A DNA stretch of 64,000 bases from Vulcanimicrobiota bacterium (GCA_963791645.1 CAWBTJ010000050.1:3277-67276), one strand, 5' to 3'; positions 17,076 through 27,243 are shown, numbered from the stretch's first letter. The notes: generated by a model not told the origin, from the letters alone. Numbers and translations: made by a program.

Positions 17076-19361
17076 TTGCGCTTCGCGATCCTCGCCTCAC
17101 CCGGCAGCGATCCCGGCGACGCGCGTGCGCGGGCGGCGTCGTTCGCCGCGGTCGACGGCGCGGCGGATGTCGCGACGGCCGCGCGCGCGGCGAGCGCGCC
17201 TTACGTGCTGCTGCTCGCGCCCGGCGCGCGTCCGCTGCCCGGTGCGTTCGGCGGTTTGAATTCCTCGCTCGGCGCGAACGCGGGCGTCGTCGGCGGCGCG
17301 ACGCACGCCGGCGGGGCGCGCTCGTTCGGCTGGATGCTCGCGCCCGCGCCGTGCGGGCCGCTGCCGTTCGAGCTCGTGCCGGTCGTCGCGACGGCCGCCG
17401 AGGCGGGCGTGGACGCGCGCGTGCGCGGTGAAGTCGACGTCGTCGCGCCGGGGATGCTGCTCGCCGCGCGCGAGCTGCTGCTCGATCCGCTTCCCGACGA
17501 CCCGGTCGCCGCGCTCGTCGAGCTGTGCGCGCGTGCACGCGCGAACGGCCGCGACGTCGTCTGCCGCACCGCGTTCGCTTGCGAAGCGCCTGCGCTCGAC
17601 GCCGACGATCGAGGCCGGTTCGCCGCGCTGCGCGCGGTCGCCGAGCGCCGTCCCGAACTGACCGGGACACATCGGTTGCCGCGCGCGACGCGCCGCACGC
17701 ACGCCGAGCGCGAAGTGCGGCTCGAAGGCGGGCGCCGGACGCACGTGCGCATCCCGCTGCCGCCGCTCACCGTACTGGTTCACGGCCCGGGCGCGGAGAT
17801 CGCCGCACGTCGCGCGCGCGAGCTCGCGCCGGCCGTCGTCGCGCGCGCCGCCGGCGACGATCCGGCAGCCGCGTTGCGTGCGGAGCTGCGCGTGCGCGGC
17901 GATCGCTACGTGCTCGTGACGTCAGCCGCACGGCTGCCGGACCGCGACGCGTTCGACGCGCTCGTCGCCGCCGTCGAGTCCGCGCCGTTCGTCGCCGTGT
18001 CCGCACCCGACGCAGGCGCACTCGACGGAAGCTGCGTGCTGCTCGCGCTCGCACGCGTTCCGCAGCACCTTACGGCTGCCGGTGCGTCGCTCGCCGTCGC
18101 GATGCAGACGCTGATCGCCGGCGCCGCGGCGTTGCGCCGCGCCGTTCGCGCGCCCGGTTACGTGGCGCCGGAGATTCCGACACCGCCACGGCGGCGCGCG
18201 ACGATCGTGTTCCTCGCATCGTCGCTTCCGGAGATCATGCGCGTGACGCTCGACGCCGTCGCGCCGGCCGTGCGCATCGACGACGAGCTCGTGGCGGTGT
18301 GCGCGTCGAACGCCGAAACGACGCGCCGCATCCTCGCGGCGTATCCGCAGCTGCACGTCGCGACCGACGAGTCCGATCCGCTGTTGTGCGACGCGGCGAA
18401 CCGCGCCGTCGCGGCGGCTTCGCGCGAGCTCGTCGTCGTTGTCGCCGACGACGTGCTGCTGCCGGCCGGCGCGCTGGACCGCCTGCGCGATGCATTCACG
18501 CGCGTGCCGTCGCTCGGCGCGGTGTTTCCCGCGGTCCCCGGTGCGCCCGGCGGCGAAGGGATCCACGACGTGACCTACGCCGACCTCGCGCAACTGCACA
18601 CGCTCGCCGAGCGGCGCGCGCGCGCGCTGTCCGGCCGGCTCGAGCCGATCGACGTGGCGGTCACGCCCGCGCTCGCCGTCACGCGCGAGGCGTTCGACGC
18701 CGTCGGCGGGATCGATCCGGCGTCCGGCCCGACGCGCCAAGGGATCGCGGACCTCGTGTTTCGCCTGCGCGCCGCCGGCTACGGTGTCGTGCGCTGCGAC
18801 GACGCGCTCGCGCATCGCTTCGACCCCGCGCAGTCACGCAACCCGGCGGCGGCGGCCGGCGCGCACCAGACCGTCGTCGCGCCCGATCCCGCGGCGCTCG
18901 CGCGCGGCTTCGATCCTGCGCGGCGCGTTCCGTTCGTGCGGCTCGCCATCGCCCGGAGTACTCTCCGGCCGGCGTCGGGCGGGCCGGCGGCTGCGCATGC
19001 GATCGCCGTCCCCGTCGCCGATGTCGCCGAGCTCGAGCGTGCCGTCGGCTTCATCGTAGCCGCCGCGCGCGCGTTCGACGCGAACTCCCCCGTGCGGCTG
19101 CACGTCGTGCTCGACGGCGACGTGGCGCTTGCCGACGTCGTCACGCGCATCCGGCCCGTGCTCGCGGCGAGCGGCAAACCGATGGACGAAACCGTCGCGG
19201 TCCGCGTCGAGCGCGCCGCCGACCTCGCCGTTTGGCGCGCTGGGCTCGAGCCGGGCGCGCGCGTCGTCCTCGCGACCGGCCACGAGCGCGAGGCGCTGAG
19301 CGACCTCACCGTCGTACCGGCTGCCGAGCTGTGCGATCTGCTGGAGCCGGCGCTGCGGTGA
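17076..19361 (+). CDS. protein with several degenerate GT2-like (GT-A) modules
   Basis: ASAPYVLLLAPG, GDRYVLVTSA, ELVVVVADDVLL, REAFDAVGGID...DLVFRLRAAGY. Confidence 0.7.
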   Translation: MRFAILASPGSDPGDARARAASFAAVDGAADVATAARAASAPYVLLLAPGARPLPGAFGGLNSSLGANAGVVGGATHAGGARSFGWMLAPAPCGPLPFELVPVVATAAEAGVDARVRGEVDVVAPGMLLAARELLLDPLPDDPVAALVELCARARANGRDVVCRTAFACEAPALDADDRGRFAALRAVAERRPELTGTHRLPRATRRTHAEREVRLEGGRRTHVRIPLPPLTVLVHGPGAEIAARRARELAPAVVARAAGDDPAAALRAELRVRGDRYVLVTSAARLPDRDAFDALVAAVESAPFVAVSAPDAGALDGSCVLLALARVPQHLTAAGASLAVAMQTLIAGAAALRRAVRAPGYVAPEIPTPPRRRATIVFLASSLPEIMRVTLDAVAPAVRIDDELVAVCASNAETTRRILAAYPQLHVATDESDPLLCDAANRAVAAASRELVVVVADDVLLPAGALDRLRDAFTRVPSLGAVFPAVPGAPGGEGIHDVTYADLAQLHTLAERRARALSGRLEPIDVAVTPALAVTREAFDAVGGIDPASGPTRQGIADLVFRLRAAGYGVVRCDDALAHRFDPAQSRNPAAAAGAHQTVVAPDPAALARGFDPARRVPFVRLAIARSTLRPASGGPAAAHAIAVPVADVAELERAVGFIVAAARAFDANSPVRLHVVLDGDVALADVVTRIRPVLAASGKPMDETVAVRVERAADLAVWRAGLEPGARVVLATGHEREALSDLTVVPAAELCDLLEPALR

Positions 19362-21316
19362 GAACGCACCGCACGCACGAGATCATCGCGCCATGGAGCA
19401 CCGCGCGCGCCGTGCTCGATCCTGCCCGGCTGGCGGCAGTGCGCATCGAACCGGTGCTGCGGCAACGCCGCCCCGCGTTCGCGCTCGACTTCTGCTTGAT
19501 CGACGACGGCGGCGCGACGGTGATCCCGCTGGTCATCGTCGATCCGGCGGTCGTCGTCGAGCGCGATCGCGAGCCGCTGATCTTTCCGCACGGAACGCCG
19601 GGCGACGACGCGTTCGCGCATGCGCTGACCGCGCGCATCCTGCCGCATCTCGAACGGCTCGTGTTGTCCGGCGAAAATGTCGTCGAGCACGTCGTCACGT
19701 TCGCGCCCGCCCCCGGATTCGACGCGGCGCGCGCGGCCGGGTGCTTCGGCGCGGCGCCGCTGCGCGACGCGCTCGTTCGGCTCGCGCCGTACCGCTACGC
19801 GCGGCGCTTCGCGCGCGGGCGCAGCGTGCGCATCGACGCGCCCGACGCCGTCGGCGGCTGGGCGCTGCTGCGCGCCGCCGGTACGGTTGCGGTCGCCGCA
19901 GGGCGCCGCGACGGTGGCGCGCTCGCATGGTACGGCGACGCGCCGGTCGCGAACGACGCGCGAACCGACGTCGCGATCGTCGCGGCGGATGCCGACGCGC
20001 GTGGTGCGGCATGCGTGCTGCGGCTCGATCCGGGGTTTGATTTCGGGCCGGGTGCGCACGTCGTCCAGATCGTCGACCCGCTGCCGCTCGACGCCGGCAT
20101 CGTGTTCGATCCGGCTGAAGGCTCGGTGCGCCGGTGGTTCGCCGTCGAGCGCGCTCCCGAGCCTGCGCCGCGAGCCGTCCCCGATCTGACGTACCGCGCG
20201 GCGGGCGGCTCGGCGGGACGGATCGCGGTGATTCTCGGCCGTTCGGATGCGCTGCGCCGCCCTTCCGCGGACACCGACGAAGCGCGCGCGCTCGTCGCGG
20301 CGTTCGGGGCCGAAGGTTTCGACGCGATCCTGGCGGAGTCGCCGGACGAGCTCGACGGCGCCGACTTGGTGCACCTGATCGGGACGCGAGAGGGCAGGCG
20401 CGCGCGACTGATCGTCGACGCCGCCCGGCGGCGCGGCGTCCCCGCAGCGGTGCACGCGCACGAAGAAGACGCGGCGCACGGTGGCTGGTGGGGCGCCGAA
20501 GTCACCCGCTACTGCTTCGAATACGGCGCCGACGAATACGATGTCGCGACGTATCTCGCGCTGCTCGCCAAGCGCGCGGTGAGCGTCGGCGACGCGCGCG
20601 CGGACGCGCCGTTCGCGCCCGGGGACGCCGCCCCCGATGACGCCGCGGCCGCGTTGCGCGACGCGTCCGTCGTCTTCGCGGCCACCGAAGAAGAAGCGGA
20701 TGCGATCCGGCGCCGCACCGGCCGCCGCGGCGCGATCGTCGTGGTCCCGCCGGTCGCCTCGGCCGCCGCGGCGCAGCCGGTCGGATGCCTCACCGGCGCC
20801 GACGCCTTCATGCTGCTCCACGCGCCGATCGGCCCGGTCGCCAACGCGCTGCTCGTCGCCCGCTGCGCCGCGACCGCGGCGATCCCGCTGGTCGTCGCCG
20901 GCCCCGTGCAGGACGCGTCGTATCTCGCGCTGGTCCGCGAGTTCGGCGGGCCCGGCCTCGTCGTGCTGCCCGGTGAGCCGGCGCCCGGGATCGCGGCCGG
21001 CCTGCGCGCCGCCGCCGCCGTCATGGTCGACGCGAGCTGGGTCGGGGACGGCGGCTCGCGGCTCGCCGCAGCCGCGCTCGCCGGCGCGCGTCTCGCGCTC
21101 GCGGACCGCCGCCGATTCGACGCGCCGGGCGTCGCGCCGCACCGATTCGATCCCGCCGACGCCACGGCGCTGACGCGCGCGCTCGGCGAGGCGTGGGACG
21201 AGGCGCTGCGCGCCCCCGCGCGCCCGGCGCCGGAGACCGTCGCGGCGCTCGCACCGGGCACCGTCGTCCGCCGGATCGTGCGCGGTTACGCCGCGGTCGC
21301 GACCGCCGTCGCCTAA
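19358..21316 (+). CDS. degenerate methyltransferase-like plus GT4-like (GT-B) protein
   Basis: YRYARRFARGRSV; DLVHLIG, SVVFAATEEEA, PLVVAGP, AALAGA, FDPAD; GTGA overlap with the upstream gene. Confidence 0.65.
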   Translation: MRTHRTHEIIAPWSTARAVLDPARLAAVRIEPVLRQRRPAFALDFCLIDDGGATVIPLVIVDPAVVVERDREPLIFPHGTPGDDAFAHALTARILPHLERLVLSGENVVEHVVTFAPAPGFDAARAAGCFGAAPLRDALVRLAPYRYARRFARGRSVRIDAPDAVGGWALLRAAGTVAVAAGRRDGGALAWYGDAPVANDARTDVAIVAADADARGAACVLRLDPGFDFGPGAHVVQIVDPLPLDAGIVFDPAEGSVRRWFAVERAPEPAPRAVPDLTYRAAGGSAGRIAVILGRSDALRRPSADTDEARALVAAFGAEGFDAILAESPDELDGADLVHLIGTREGRRARLIVDAARRRGVPAAVHAHEEDAAHGGWWGAEVTRYCFEYGADEYDVATYLALLAKRAVSVGDARADAPFAPGDAAPDDAAAALRDASVVFAATEEEADAIRRRTGRRGAIVVVPPVASAAAAQPVGCLTGADAFMLLHAPIGPVANALLVARCAATAAIPLVVAGPVQDASYLALVREFGGPGLVVLPGEPAPGIAAGLRAAAAVMVDASWVGDGGSRLAAAALAGARLALADRRRFDAPGVAPHRFDPADATALTRALGEAWDEALRAPARPAPETVAALAPGTVVRRIVRGYAAVATAVA

Positions 21317-21341
21317 GGCGATGGCGCCGCGCGTCCGATAC
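21314..21341 (+). promoter_or_regulatory. sigma28-like promoter of flaG-fliDS
   Basis: TAAGG-N15-TCCGATAC, then SD GAGGAGG. Confidence 0.7.
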
Positions 21342-21366
21342 CATCACGAGGAGGACTCCGACGAAC

Positions 21367-21690
21367 ATGGACGTTCAGACGATCGATCAGATTCAAGCCG
21401 CGGCACCGGCCGTAGCCGCCGCACCGGCCGCTCCCGCGCCGGCCGCACCGCCGCAGCAACCGCCGCACGTTGCCGACGAGACGCTCCACCGAGCGCTCTC
21501 GCATCTGGTCGGCGGCGGGTCGAATGTGGCCGTGCAGTTCAAGGTCGTGCACGGCACCAATCAAATCGTGACGGTCTTCACCAACAAAGACACGGGCGAA
21601 GAGATTTCCCAGTTCCCGGCGGAATCGATGGTGCTCATCGCGCAGTTCTTCAACAAGCTCGCGGGCGCCGTCGTGGACCGGACCGCCTGA
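21367..21690 (+). CDS. flaG: FlaG family protein
   Basis: NKDTGEEISQFPAE...GAVVDRTA; precedes fliD. Confidence 0.85.
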   Translation: MDVQTIDQIQAAAPAVAAAPAAPAPAAPPQQPPHVADETLHRALSHLVGGGSNVAVQFKVVHGTNQIVTVFTNKDTGEEISQFPAESMVLIAQFFNKLAGAVVDRTA

Positions 21691-21691
21691 C

Positions 21692-23731
21692 GTGAGCGGC
21701 ATCGGTTCGACCGGCTCGTCCACGACGAGCAGCTCGACGCAGCTCGGGACCAACGTCCCGGCAGTTTCCTTTCCGGGGATCGCATCGGGGATCGACTACA
21801 ACTCGATCATCCAGAAGTACACCGATCTCACGCTCGCGCAAGAGAAGCCGCTGGAGACGAAAGTCACCTCGCTGAACGCGCAGCAGGCGGAGCTCCTGAA
21901 GATCCACGATCTCGTCGCGAAGTTCCAGGACTCGTTCCTGGCGGTGAGCGATCCGGCGAACTTCACCGCGACGAGCCCGACGTCGTCGAACGGTTCCGCG
22001 ATCGCCGCGTCGACGGTGGCCGGCGCCGTGGCGACGCCCGGCACGTACGTCATCAAGTCGGCGACGCTCGCGACCGCGACGCAGTTCACCAACGATCCCG
22101 CGGCCAACGGCACGTTCAGCTACAATACGGCGCTCGCGAACGCGGGCGCGTCGATCTCGCCGAACAACGGCCCGCCGGGCACCACGACGCCGGGCCAGAT
22201 CACGATCAACGGCGCGGTGCTCAACTACGACGTGAACTCGACGACGCTGCAGAGCTTCGTCACGAACGCGGCGAACGTCGCGGCGCTCAACGCGGTCGGC
22301 GTGACGCTGAGCTACGATGCCGCCACGCAGAAGGTCACCGTCAGCTCGACGCAGCCGCTCACGCTCGGAAGCGCGACCGATCACGGTAACCTGCTGCAAG
22401 TCCTCAAGCTCGACACCGCCCAGATCACCTTCGGCGGCGGCACGTACACCGCGACGAGCACGTCGGCGGTCGGCGGGATCAACGTCGGCGCGACGCTGAA
22501 CACCGCGAACAACGCCGGCTTCGCGACGGCCGTCACCGCCGGGCAGTTCTCGATCAACGGCGTCGCGTTCACCGTGGACCCGACGACGAACAACCTCAAC
22601 AACCTGCTCCAGCATATCAACTCGTCGTCGGCGGGCGTCTTCGCCACCTACGACTCCGCGAACGACCGGGTGCTGCTCACCGCGAAGTCGAGCGGGCCGC
22701 AGGGGATCACGCTCGGCTCGTCCGGCGACACCTCGAACTTCTTGCAAGCGGTCGGGTTCTTGGCGAACGCGACGCAGCCCAACACGCTCAGCGCCGGCGC
22801 CGCGATCGCAGTCGGCAAAGCCGCGCACGTGCAGTACGTCGACAACGCGGGCACCACGCACGACGTCTACAGCAACTCCAACGACGTCACGACCGTGGTG
22901 CCGGGCGTCGATTTGAAGTTGCAGCAGGCCGTCGACGGCGTCGTCGTCGCGCCGGTGACGATCTCCGTCGCGCAGGACAGCACCGCGCTGCAAACCTCGA
23001 TCAAGGCGTTCGTCACGGCGTACAACGCGGTGATCGACGAGATCAACAAGGCGACGCAGGCGCCCGTCGTCGGCACGACCACGGCGCAGAACGGCCAGAC
23101 GCAGGCGCAGCAGCTCACCACCGGCGGAGTACTGTTCAACAACTCCGACATCACGGGGCTGCGCGACCGGATGGTCAACATCGTCACGTCGATGGGGAAC
23201 ACCGGCTCGTCGTCGTACAACTCGCTCGCGTCCGTCGGCCTGATGATCGACGCCTCGTTCACCGTGACGGCTGCCGCCGCGGGCAACACGCAGAACACGA
23301 CCTCGCAGACCAGCGTCTCGCAGCAGACGTTCGCCGGCACCAGCGGCCGGCTTCAAGATCTCGACACCGCCAAGCTCGGCACCGCACTTGCAGCCAACGC
23401 GAACGCGGTCGCAAAGCTGTTCACCGGATCGAAGAGCCTCGTCGGTCAGCTCGGCTCGTACCTGACGACCGTCTCCGGCCTGTCGACGCAGCTCACCGGC
23501 GGCCTGGTGGGCAAGGTGCCGGCAACCTCACTGTTCGCGTCGCTGTCGAACCAGACCAGCGATCAGATCAGCTCGCTGCAGCAGCAGATCAAGCTCGTCA
23601 CCGATCAGGCGAACTTGCAAGCCGATCGCCTGCGCGCGGAGTTCGTGAGCAGCGAAGGCGCGATCGCGGTGCTGCAATCCGAACAATCCTCGCTGGGCTC
23701 CCTCCTCGGATCGACGTCGAAGACAGGATAA
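21692..23731 (+). CDS. fliD: filament cap protein FliD
   Basis: GIASGIDYNSII, SNDVTTVVPGVDLKL, IKAFVTAYN, LASVGL. Confidence 0.93.
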   Translation: MSGIGSTGSSTTSSSTQLGTNVPAVSFPGIASGIDYNSIIQKYTDLTLAQEKPLETKVTSLNAQQAELLKIHDLVAKFQDSFLAVSDPANFTATSPTSSNGSAIAASTVAGAVATPGTYVIKSATLATATQFTNDPAANGTFSYNTALANAGASISPNNGPPGTTTPGQITINGAVLNYDVNSTTLQSFVTNAANVAALNAVGVTLSYDAATQKVTVSSTQPLTLGSATDHGNLLQVLKLDTAQITFGGGTYTATSTSAVGGINVGATLNTANNAGFATAVTAGQFSINGVAFTVDPTTNNLNNLLQHINSSSAGVFATYDSANDRVLLTAKSSGPQGITLGSSGDTSNFLQAVGFLANATQPNTLSAGAAIAVGKAAHVQYVDNAGTTHDVYSNSNDVTTVVPGVDLKLQQAVDGVVVAPVTISVAQDSTALQTSIKAFVTAYNAVIDEINKATQAPVVGTTTAQNGQTQAQQLTTGGVLFNNSDITGLRDRMVNIVTSMGNTGSSSYNSLASVGLMIDASFTVTAAAAGNTQNTTSQTSVSQQTFAGTSGRLQDLDTAKLGTALAANANAVAKLFTGSKSLVGQLGSYLTTVSGLSTQLTGGLVGKVPATSLFASLSNQTSDQISSLQQQIKLVTDQANLQADRLRAEFVSSEGAIAVLQSEQSSLGSLLGSTSKTG

Positions 23732-23732
23732 C

Positions 23733-24158
23733 GTGACCGTTTCCAACGCCAATCTGCGCTATCTCGAAGCGTCGATCAATTCCGCGAGCCCCGAAGAGCT
23801 CATCATCAAGGTGTACGACGCGCTGCTGCTGTTCGCGCGCCAAGCCATCGACGTGATGGACACGCGGCCGGCCGACGTTCAGGGGCGCCACGACCTGCTG
23901 CGCCGCGCGCAGCGGGCCTGCGCGCTCCTGATGGGCTCGCTCAAGCTCGACCTCGACAGCGAGATCCCCGGCAACCTGTTCCGCATCTACGAGTTCTGGC
24001 ACCATCAGCTCGTCGCGGCGAACATGCAGGGTGACGCGACGAAGGTGCGCGAGCTGCTGCCGCTGATCGTCGGGATGCGCGAGACCTGGGTCGAGGCGAT
24101 CAAGCGCTACCGCACGGAAGGCGCCGCGGGCGCGCAGCTCGGTGCAGCCGTCTGCTGA
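23733..24158 (+). CDS. fliS: flagellin chaperone FliS
   Basis: YLEASINSASPEELIIKVYDA...NLFRIYEF...MRETW. Confidence 0.93.
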   Translation: MTVSNANLRYLEASINSASPEELIIKVYDALLLFARQAIDVMDTRPADVQGRHDLLRRAQRACALLMGSLKLDLDSEIPGNLFRIYEFWHHQLVAANMQGDATKVRELLPLIVGMRETWVEAIKRYRTEGAAGAQLGAAVC

Positions 24159-24522
24159 CGCCGCGCGCGACGGCGTCGCGCGCACGATCGTCGCGCTGGA
24201 GCGCTCGTGCCTGGACGCCGACGCGGCGATCGTCGAACGGCGCTGGGACGACGTCGGTACGGCGTTTCGCGCCCAGGCGGCGCTGACCGACGACTTGGCG
24301 GCGTTGTTCGCGGCGGCACCGCTCGCGTCGCCGGCCAACGACGCGAAGGTCGCGCAGCGCGTACGCGGGATCGTGGCGTATCGCGACGACCAGCTCCGCC
24401 GTCTGCAAGGATATCACGCGGAGGTCGGCACGCGTCTGCAGTCGATCGGCCGCGTCAACGCGTTCGCGCGCACGCTGGGCAAGCAGGTGAACTCCGCGCG
24501 CCTCCTGGACGGACAGTACTAG
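24142..24522 (+). CDS. FliT-like helical protein
   Basis: Size, helical character and position after fliS only. Confidence 0.5.
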   Translation: MQPSADAARDGVARTIVALERSCLDADAAIVERRWDDVGTAFRAQAALTDDLAALFAAAPLASPANDAKVAQRVRGIVAYRDDQLRRLQGYHAEVGTRLQSIGRVNAFARTLGKQVNSARLLDGQY

Positions 24523-24526
24523 CGCT

Positions 24527-26230
24527 TCATCCGAATGCGCCGCGCAGTGCGGTGACGAGCTTGCGGCCCGCTTCGTGCAGCGACGCGTCGGCTGCGATGA
24601 GCGGATCGTAGCGGCGGTCGACGGCGCGGCGCACCGTGACGCGCATCAGCCACGCGCCCGCGGCGACGCGATACGCTGCCAGCGCGTCGTCCGCGCGCAC
24701 GATCGCGTCGGATTTGACGCCCTCGAGCGAACGCGGTGCGACGGCCAGCAGCACCTGCACGGCGCGCAGGAACACGTCGTCGAGATCGCGCCCGAGCACC
24801 GTGCGCAGCGCGCCGAGCTCGCGCTCGTCGAGCCGGGTCACGAGCAGCGGGAAATACTGCGGGAACGGTTCGTTCGGGACGGGCGCGAGGGCGCGGATCG
24901 TTTCGAGCGACTCGCGCGTGACGACGGGCGGCGGCGGCCGGTTCATGCGCGTCGCAACGAGCGCGCGGGGCACTGCCGCGGCGATCGAGCGCGCGAAGTC
25001 GCGGATGCCGAGCGCGTCACCCAGGGGCGTGTCGACCGCGGCGATCGACGACAGCAGCGCAAGCGCGCCGAGTCCGTGCGGAACGCTGCCGTCGAAGATG
25101 CGCTCGAGCGCGCGCACGTCGTCGTCGTCGAGCGTTCTCGCGAGAACGTACGGGTTTGCCGGTTCCGCTGACTGCTTCGCGCGCGGTGCCGCGCGTTTGC
25201 GCGCGCGCGGCGGCTTGGGCGCCGGCTCCGGTTCGGGCTCGGCGGTTGGAGCGACGACCGTCTCGTCGTCGACGACCGCTTCGGGCGCGGCGTGCTTCAC
25301 GATCACGATCGCGGGCGGATACGGGCTTACGACGATTTGCGGTGCGACGCCGATTTCCGGTGCGATCGCGACTTCGGGCGTGACGACGGCTTCCGGAACG
25401 ACGACGTCTTCGGCTTCCGGTATGATCACGACGTCCGGTACGACGACGGCTTCGGGAACGACGGCGACTTCCGGAACGATGACCGCTTCGGGAACCGCGA
25501 CGACGTCCGGCGCGACGACGGCTTGCGGTGCGGTGACGACCGGCGCGGCGGGCTCATCGACCACCGTGTCGACCGCGTGCGCCGGCGCGGGTGCGGCAAT
25601 TGCGGTCAGCGCTTCGTCCGTCTCGTCCGCTTCTAGTTCGAAGAACGGGCGCGGTGCGTCGTAGGCCGCGTGACCTGCGCGGCGGGTGAGCCGCAGCGCG
25701 GGCGCGGCGATCGCGGGCACGCCGGGGGCGGTCGCCTGGACGCTCACGTGAAGCGGTCCCGTGCCCGGCAGCACCCGCACCGCGAAGCGCACGCGCACGG
25801 CGTCGCCCGCGGCGATCGTGCCCACGCGCAGTCCTTCGCCGAGCAGCGCTTCGCTGTCGAGCGCGACATCGCCGCGCGCGAAGGAGCCATCCACCGGTTC
25901 GCACTCGGGCGGGAGGACGACGCGCAGCAGCACGTCGTCGGCGCGGATGTCGCCGTCGTCGTGGACGCTCGCGACGACCGTGACGACGGCGCCGGGGATC
26001 AGCTCGCGCTCGGGCCGCGCGTCGACCGCGACGCGCAGCATCGCGGCGCGGGGCCGCTGCGGCGCGTCGTCGTCGCCCAGGATCGACTCCGGGCCGAAGC
26101 GCACCGGCGTCGACGACGACGACGTTGCGGCGTGCGGCGCCAGCCCGAGCTCTTCACGGCGGCGCCGTTCGAGCAGCTGCGTGTCGGCGTCGCGGTCGAA
26201 CAGGGCGTCGACGTCGACGTCGCGGCTCAT
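24527..26230 (-). CDS. hypothetical protein with DUF11/Ig-like domain and Val/Pro/Glu repeat linker
   Basis: Start [11 protein letters not shown] overlaps the ATPase stop (ATGA); PGAVVTVVASVHDDGDIRADDV...LPP...VGTIAAGDAVRVRFAVRV. Confidence 0.7.
   Translation of the reverse strand: MSRDVDVDALFDRDADTQLLERRRREELGLAPHAATSSSSTPVRFGPESILGDDDAPQRPRAAMLRVAVDARPERELIPGAVVTVVASVHDDGDIRADDVLLRVVLPPECEPVDGSFARGDVALDSEALLGEGLRVGTIAAGDAVRVRFAVRVLPGTGPLHVSVQATAPGVPAIAAPALRLTRRAGHAAYDAPRPFFELEADETDEALTAIAAPAPAHAVDTVVDEPAAPVVTAPQAVVAPDVVAVPEAVIVPEVAVVPEAVVVPDVVIIPEAEDVVVPEAVVTPEVAIAPEIGVAPQIVVSPYPPAIVIVKHAAPEAVVDDETVVAPTAEPEPEPAPKPPRARKRAAPRAKQSAEPANPYVLARTLDDDDVRALERIFDGSVPHGLGALALLSSIAAVDTPLGDALGIRDFARSIAAAVPRALVATRMNRPPPPVVTRESLETIRALAPVPNEPFPQYFPLLVTRLDERELGALRTVLGRDLDDVFLRAVQVLLAVAPRSLEGVKSDAIVRADDALAAYRVAAGAWLMRVTVRRAVDRRYDPLIAADASLHEAGRKLVTALRGAFG
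25325..25541 (-). repeat. ~12 imperfect 18-bp (hexapeptide, VVVPE[A/V]-like) coding repeats
   Basis: VVAPDVVAVPEAVIVPEVAVVPEAVVVPDVVIIPEA...VVTPEVAIAPEIGVAPQ. Confidence 0.85.
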
Positions 26231-27243
26231 CGCGCGCGGAACGCGGCCAGCCAGGGGAAGCGCCGCCGCCAAGCGGGCGTCGCGGGTTCTTCCGGCTTCG
26301 CCGGGTCGGCCGCCTTGGGCGGGCTCGGCGCCGCTTCGGCTGCCGCCGCCTCGACGGCCGCCGGCCGCTGCGCGGGCGACGGCACGGGCTGCACCGGGGC
26401 GGGTGCGGGGCGCGCGGGGACCGTGAGCCCGCGGGCCCGGGCCGCGGCCTCGGCGTCGGTCCGTGTCGCGCGCGGGCGGCCGTAGGCGGCAGCTTCGCGC
26501 AGCGTCGCGTGCGCGAGCGTCAGCAGCCGGCGCGGCGTTCCGCCGGCGGCCCCGACGACGACGTCGAGCGCGTCGTCGTCGAAGAGCGCGTTCGCGCCCG
26601 TCCCGGCGCCGGCGCGGGCGACGCGGTGCGCGATCATGGCGCGCGCCTCGGCGGCCTCGAGCGGCTCCAGCGCCGTCCACTCGTCGACCCGGTCGGCGAG
26701 GTTGCGGCGCGCCTCGATCCGCTCGCGCAGCTCCGTCTGGCCGAACAGGACGACATTGAGGAGCTTGCGCTGCGGCACGTCGTAGTTGAGCAGCAGCCGC
26801 AGCACCTCGAAGACCTCGTCGCTGGCGTTCTGCGCTTCGTCGACCAGCAGCGCGAGCGTGAGCCCGTCGAGCACGGCCGCGTCGTAGAGGTAGTTCTTGA
26901 GCGCGTTCTTCAGGGCGGCGGGCGAACGCGGTGGCAGCGCCAGGCCGAACGAGCGTGCGACGCCGAGCAAGAACTCCGTCTCGGTCGCGAACGACGGGTC
27001 CAGGATCTTCCCGAGGCGGACTTCGTCGCGGCCGAGCAGCTCGCGCTCGAGCTGGGCCATGAGGCTGGTCTTGCCGGTGCCGGGGTCGCCGACGACCGCC
27101 TGCAAGCCGCGCGACTCCAAGATGCCGCCGGCGAGGCGGTCGCGAGCGCGCATCAGCCCCGGCGTCGTCCGGTAGAAGTGCGGGTCCGCCGTGTCGAGGA
27201 ACGGATCGCGCTCCAACCCGAAGTGCCGGTAATACGGGGTCAT
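26227..27243 (-). CDS. ExeA/GspA-family AAA ATPase
   Basis: [12 protein letters not shown], Walker A GDPGTGKT, Walker [22 protein letters not shown]. Confidence 0.9.
   Translation of the reverse strand: MTPYYRHFGLERDPFLDTADPHFYRTTPGLMRARDRLAGGILESRGLQAVVGDPGTGKTSLMAQLERELLGRDEVRLGKILDPSFATETEFLLGVARSFGLALPPRSPAALKNALKNYLYDAAVLDGLTLALLVDEAQNASDEVFEVLRLLLNYDVPQRKLLNVVLFGQTELRERIEARRNLADRVDEWTALEPLEAAEARAMIAHRVARAGAGTGANALFDDDALDVVVGAAGGTPRRLLTLAHATLREAAAYGRPRATRTDAEAAARARGLTVPARPAPAPVQPVPSPAQRPAAVEAAAAEAAPSPPKAADPAKPEEPATPAWRRRFPWLAAFRAR

Noticed and set aside
15006-19361. 1451-aa giant glycosyltransferase ORF
   Set aside because: Artefact of the indel near 15895 joining the GT2 N-terminus, an off-frame Arg-rich stretch and the separate gene starting at 17076
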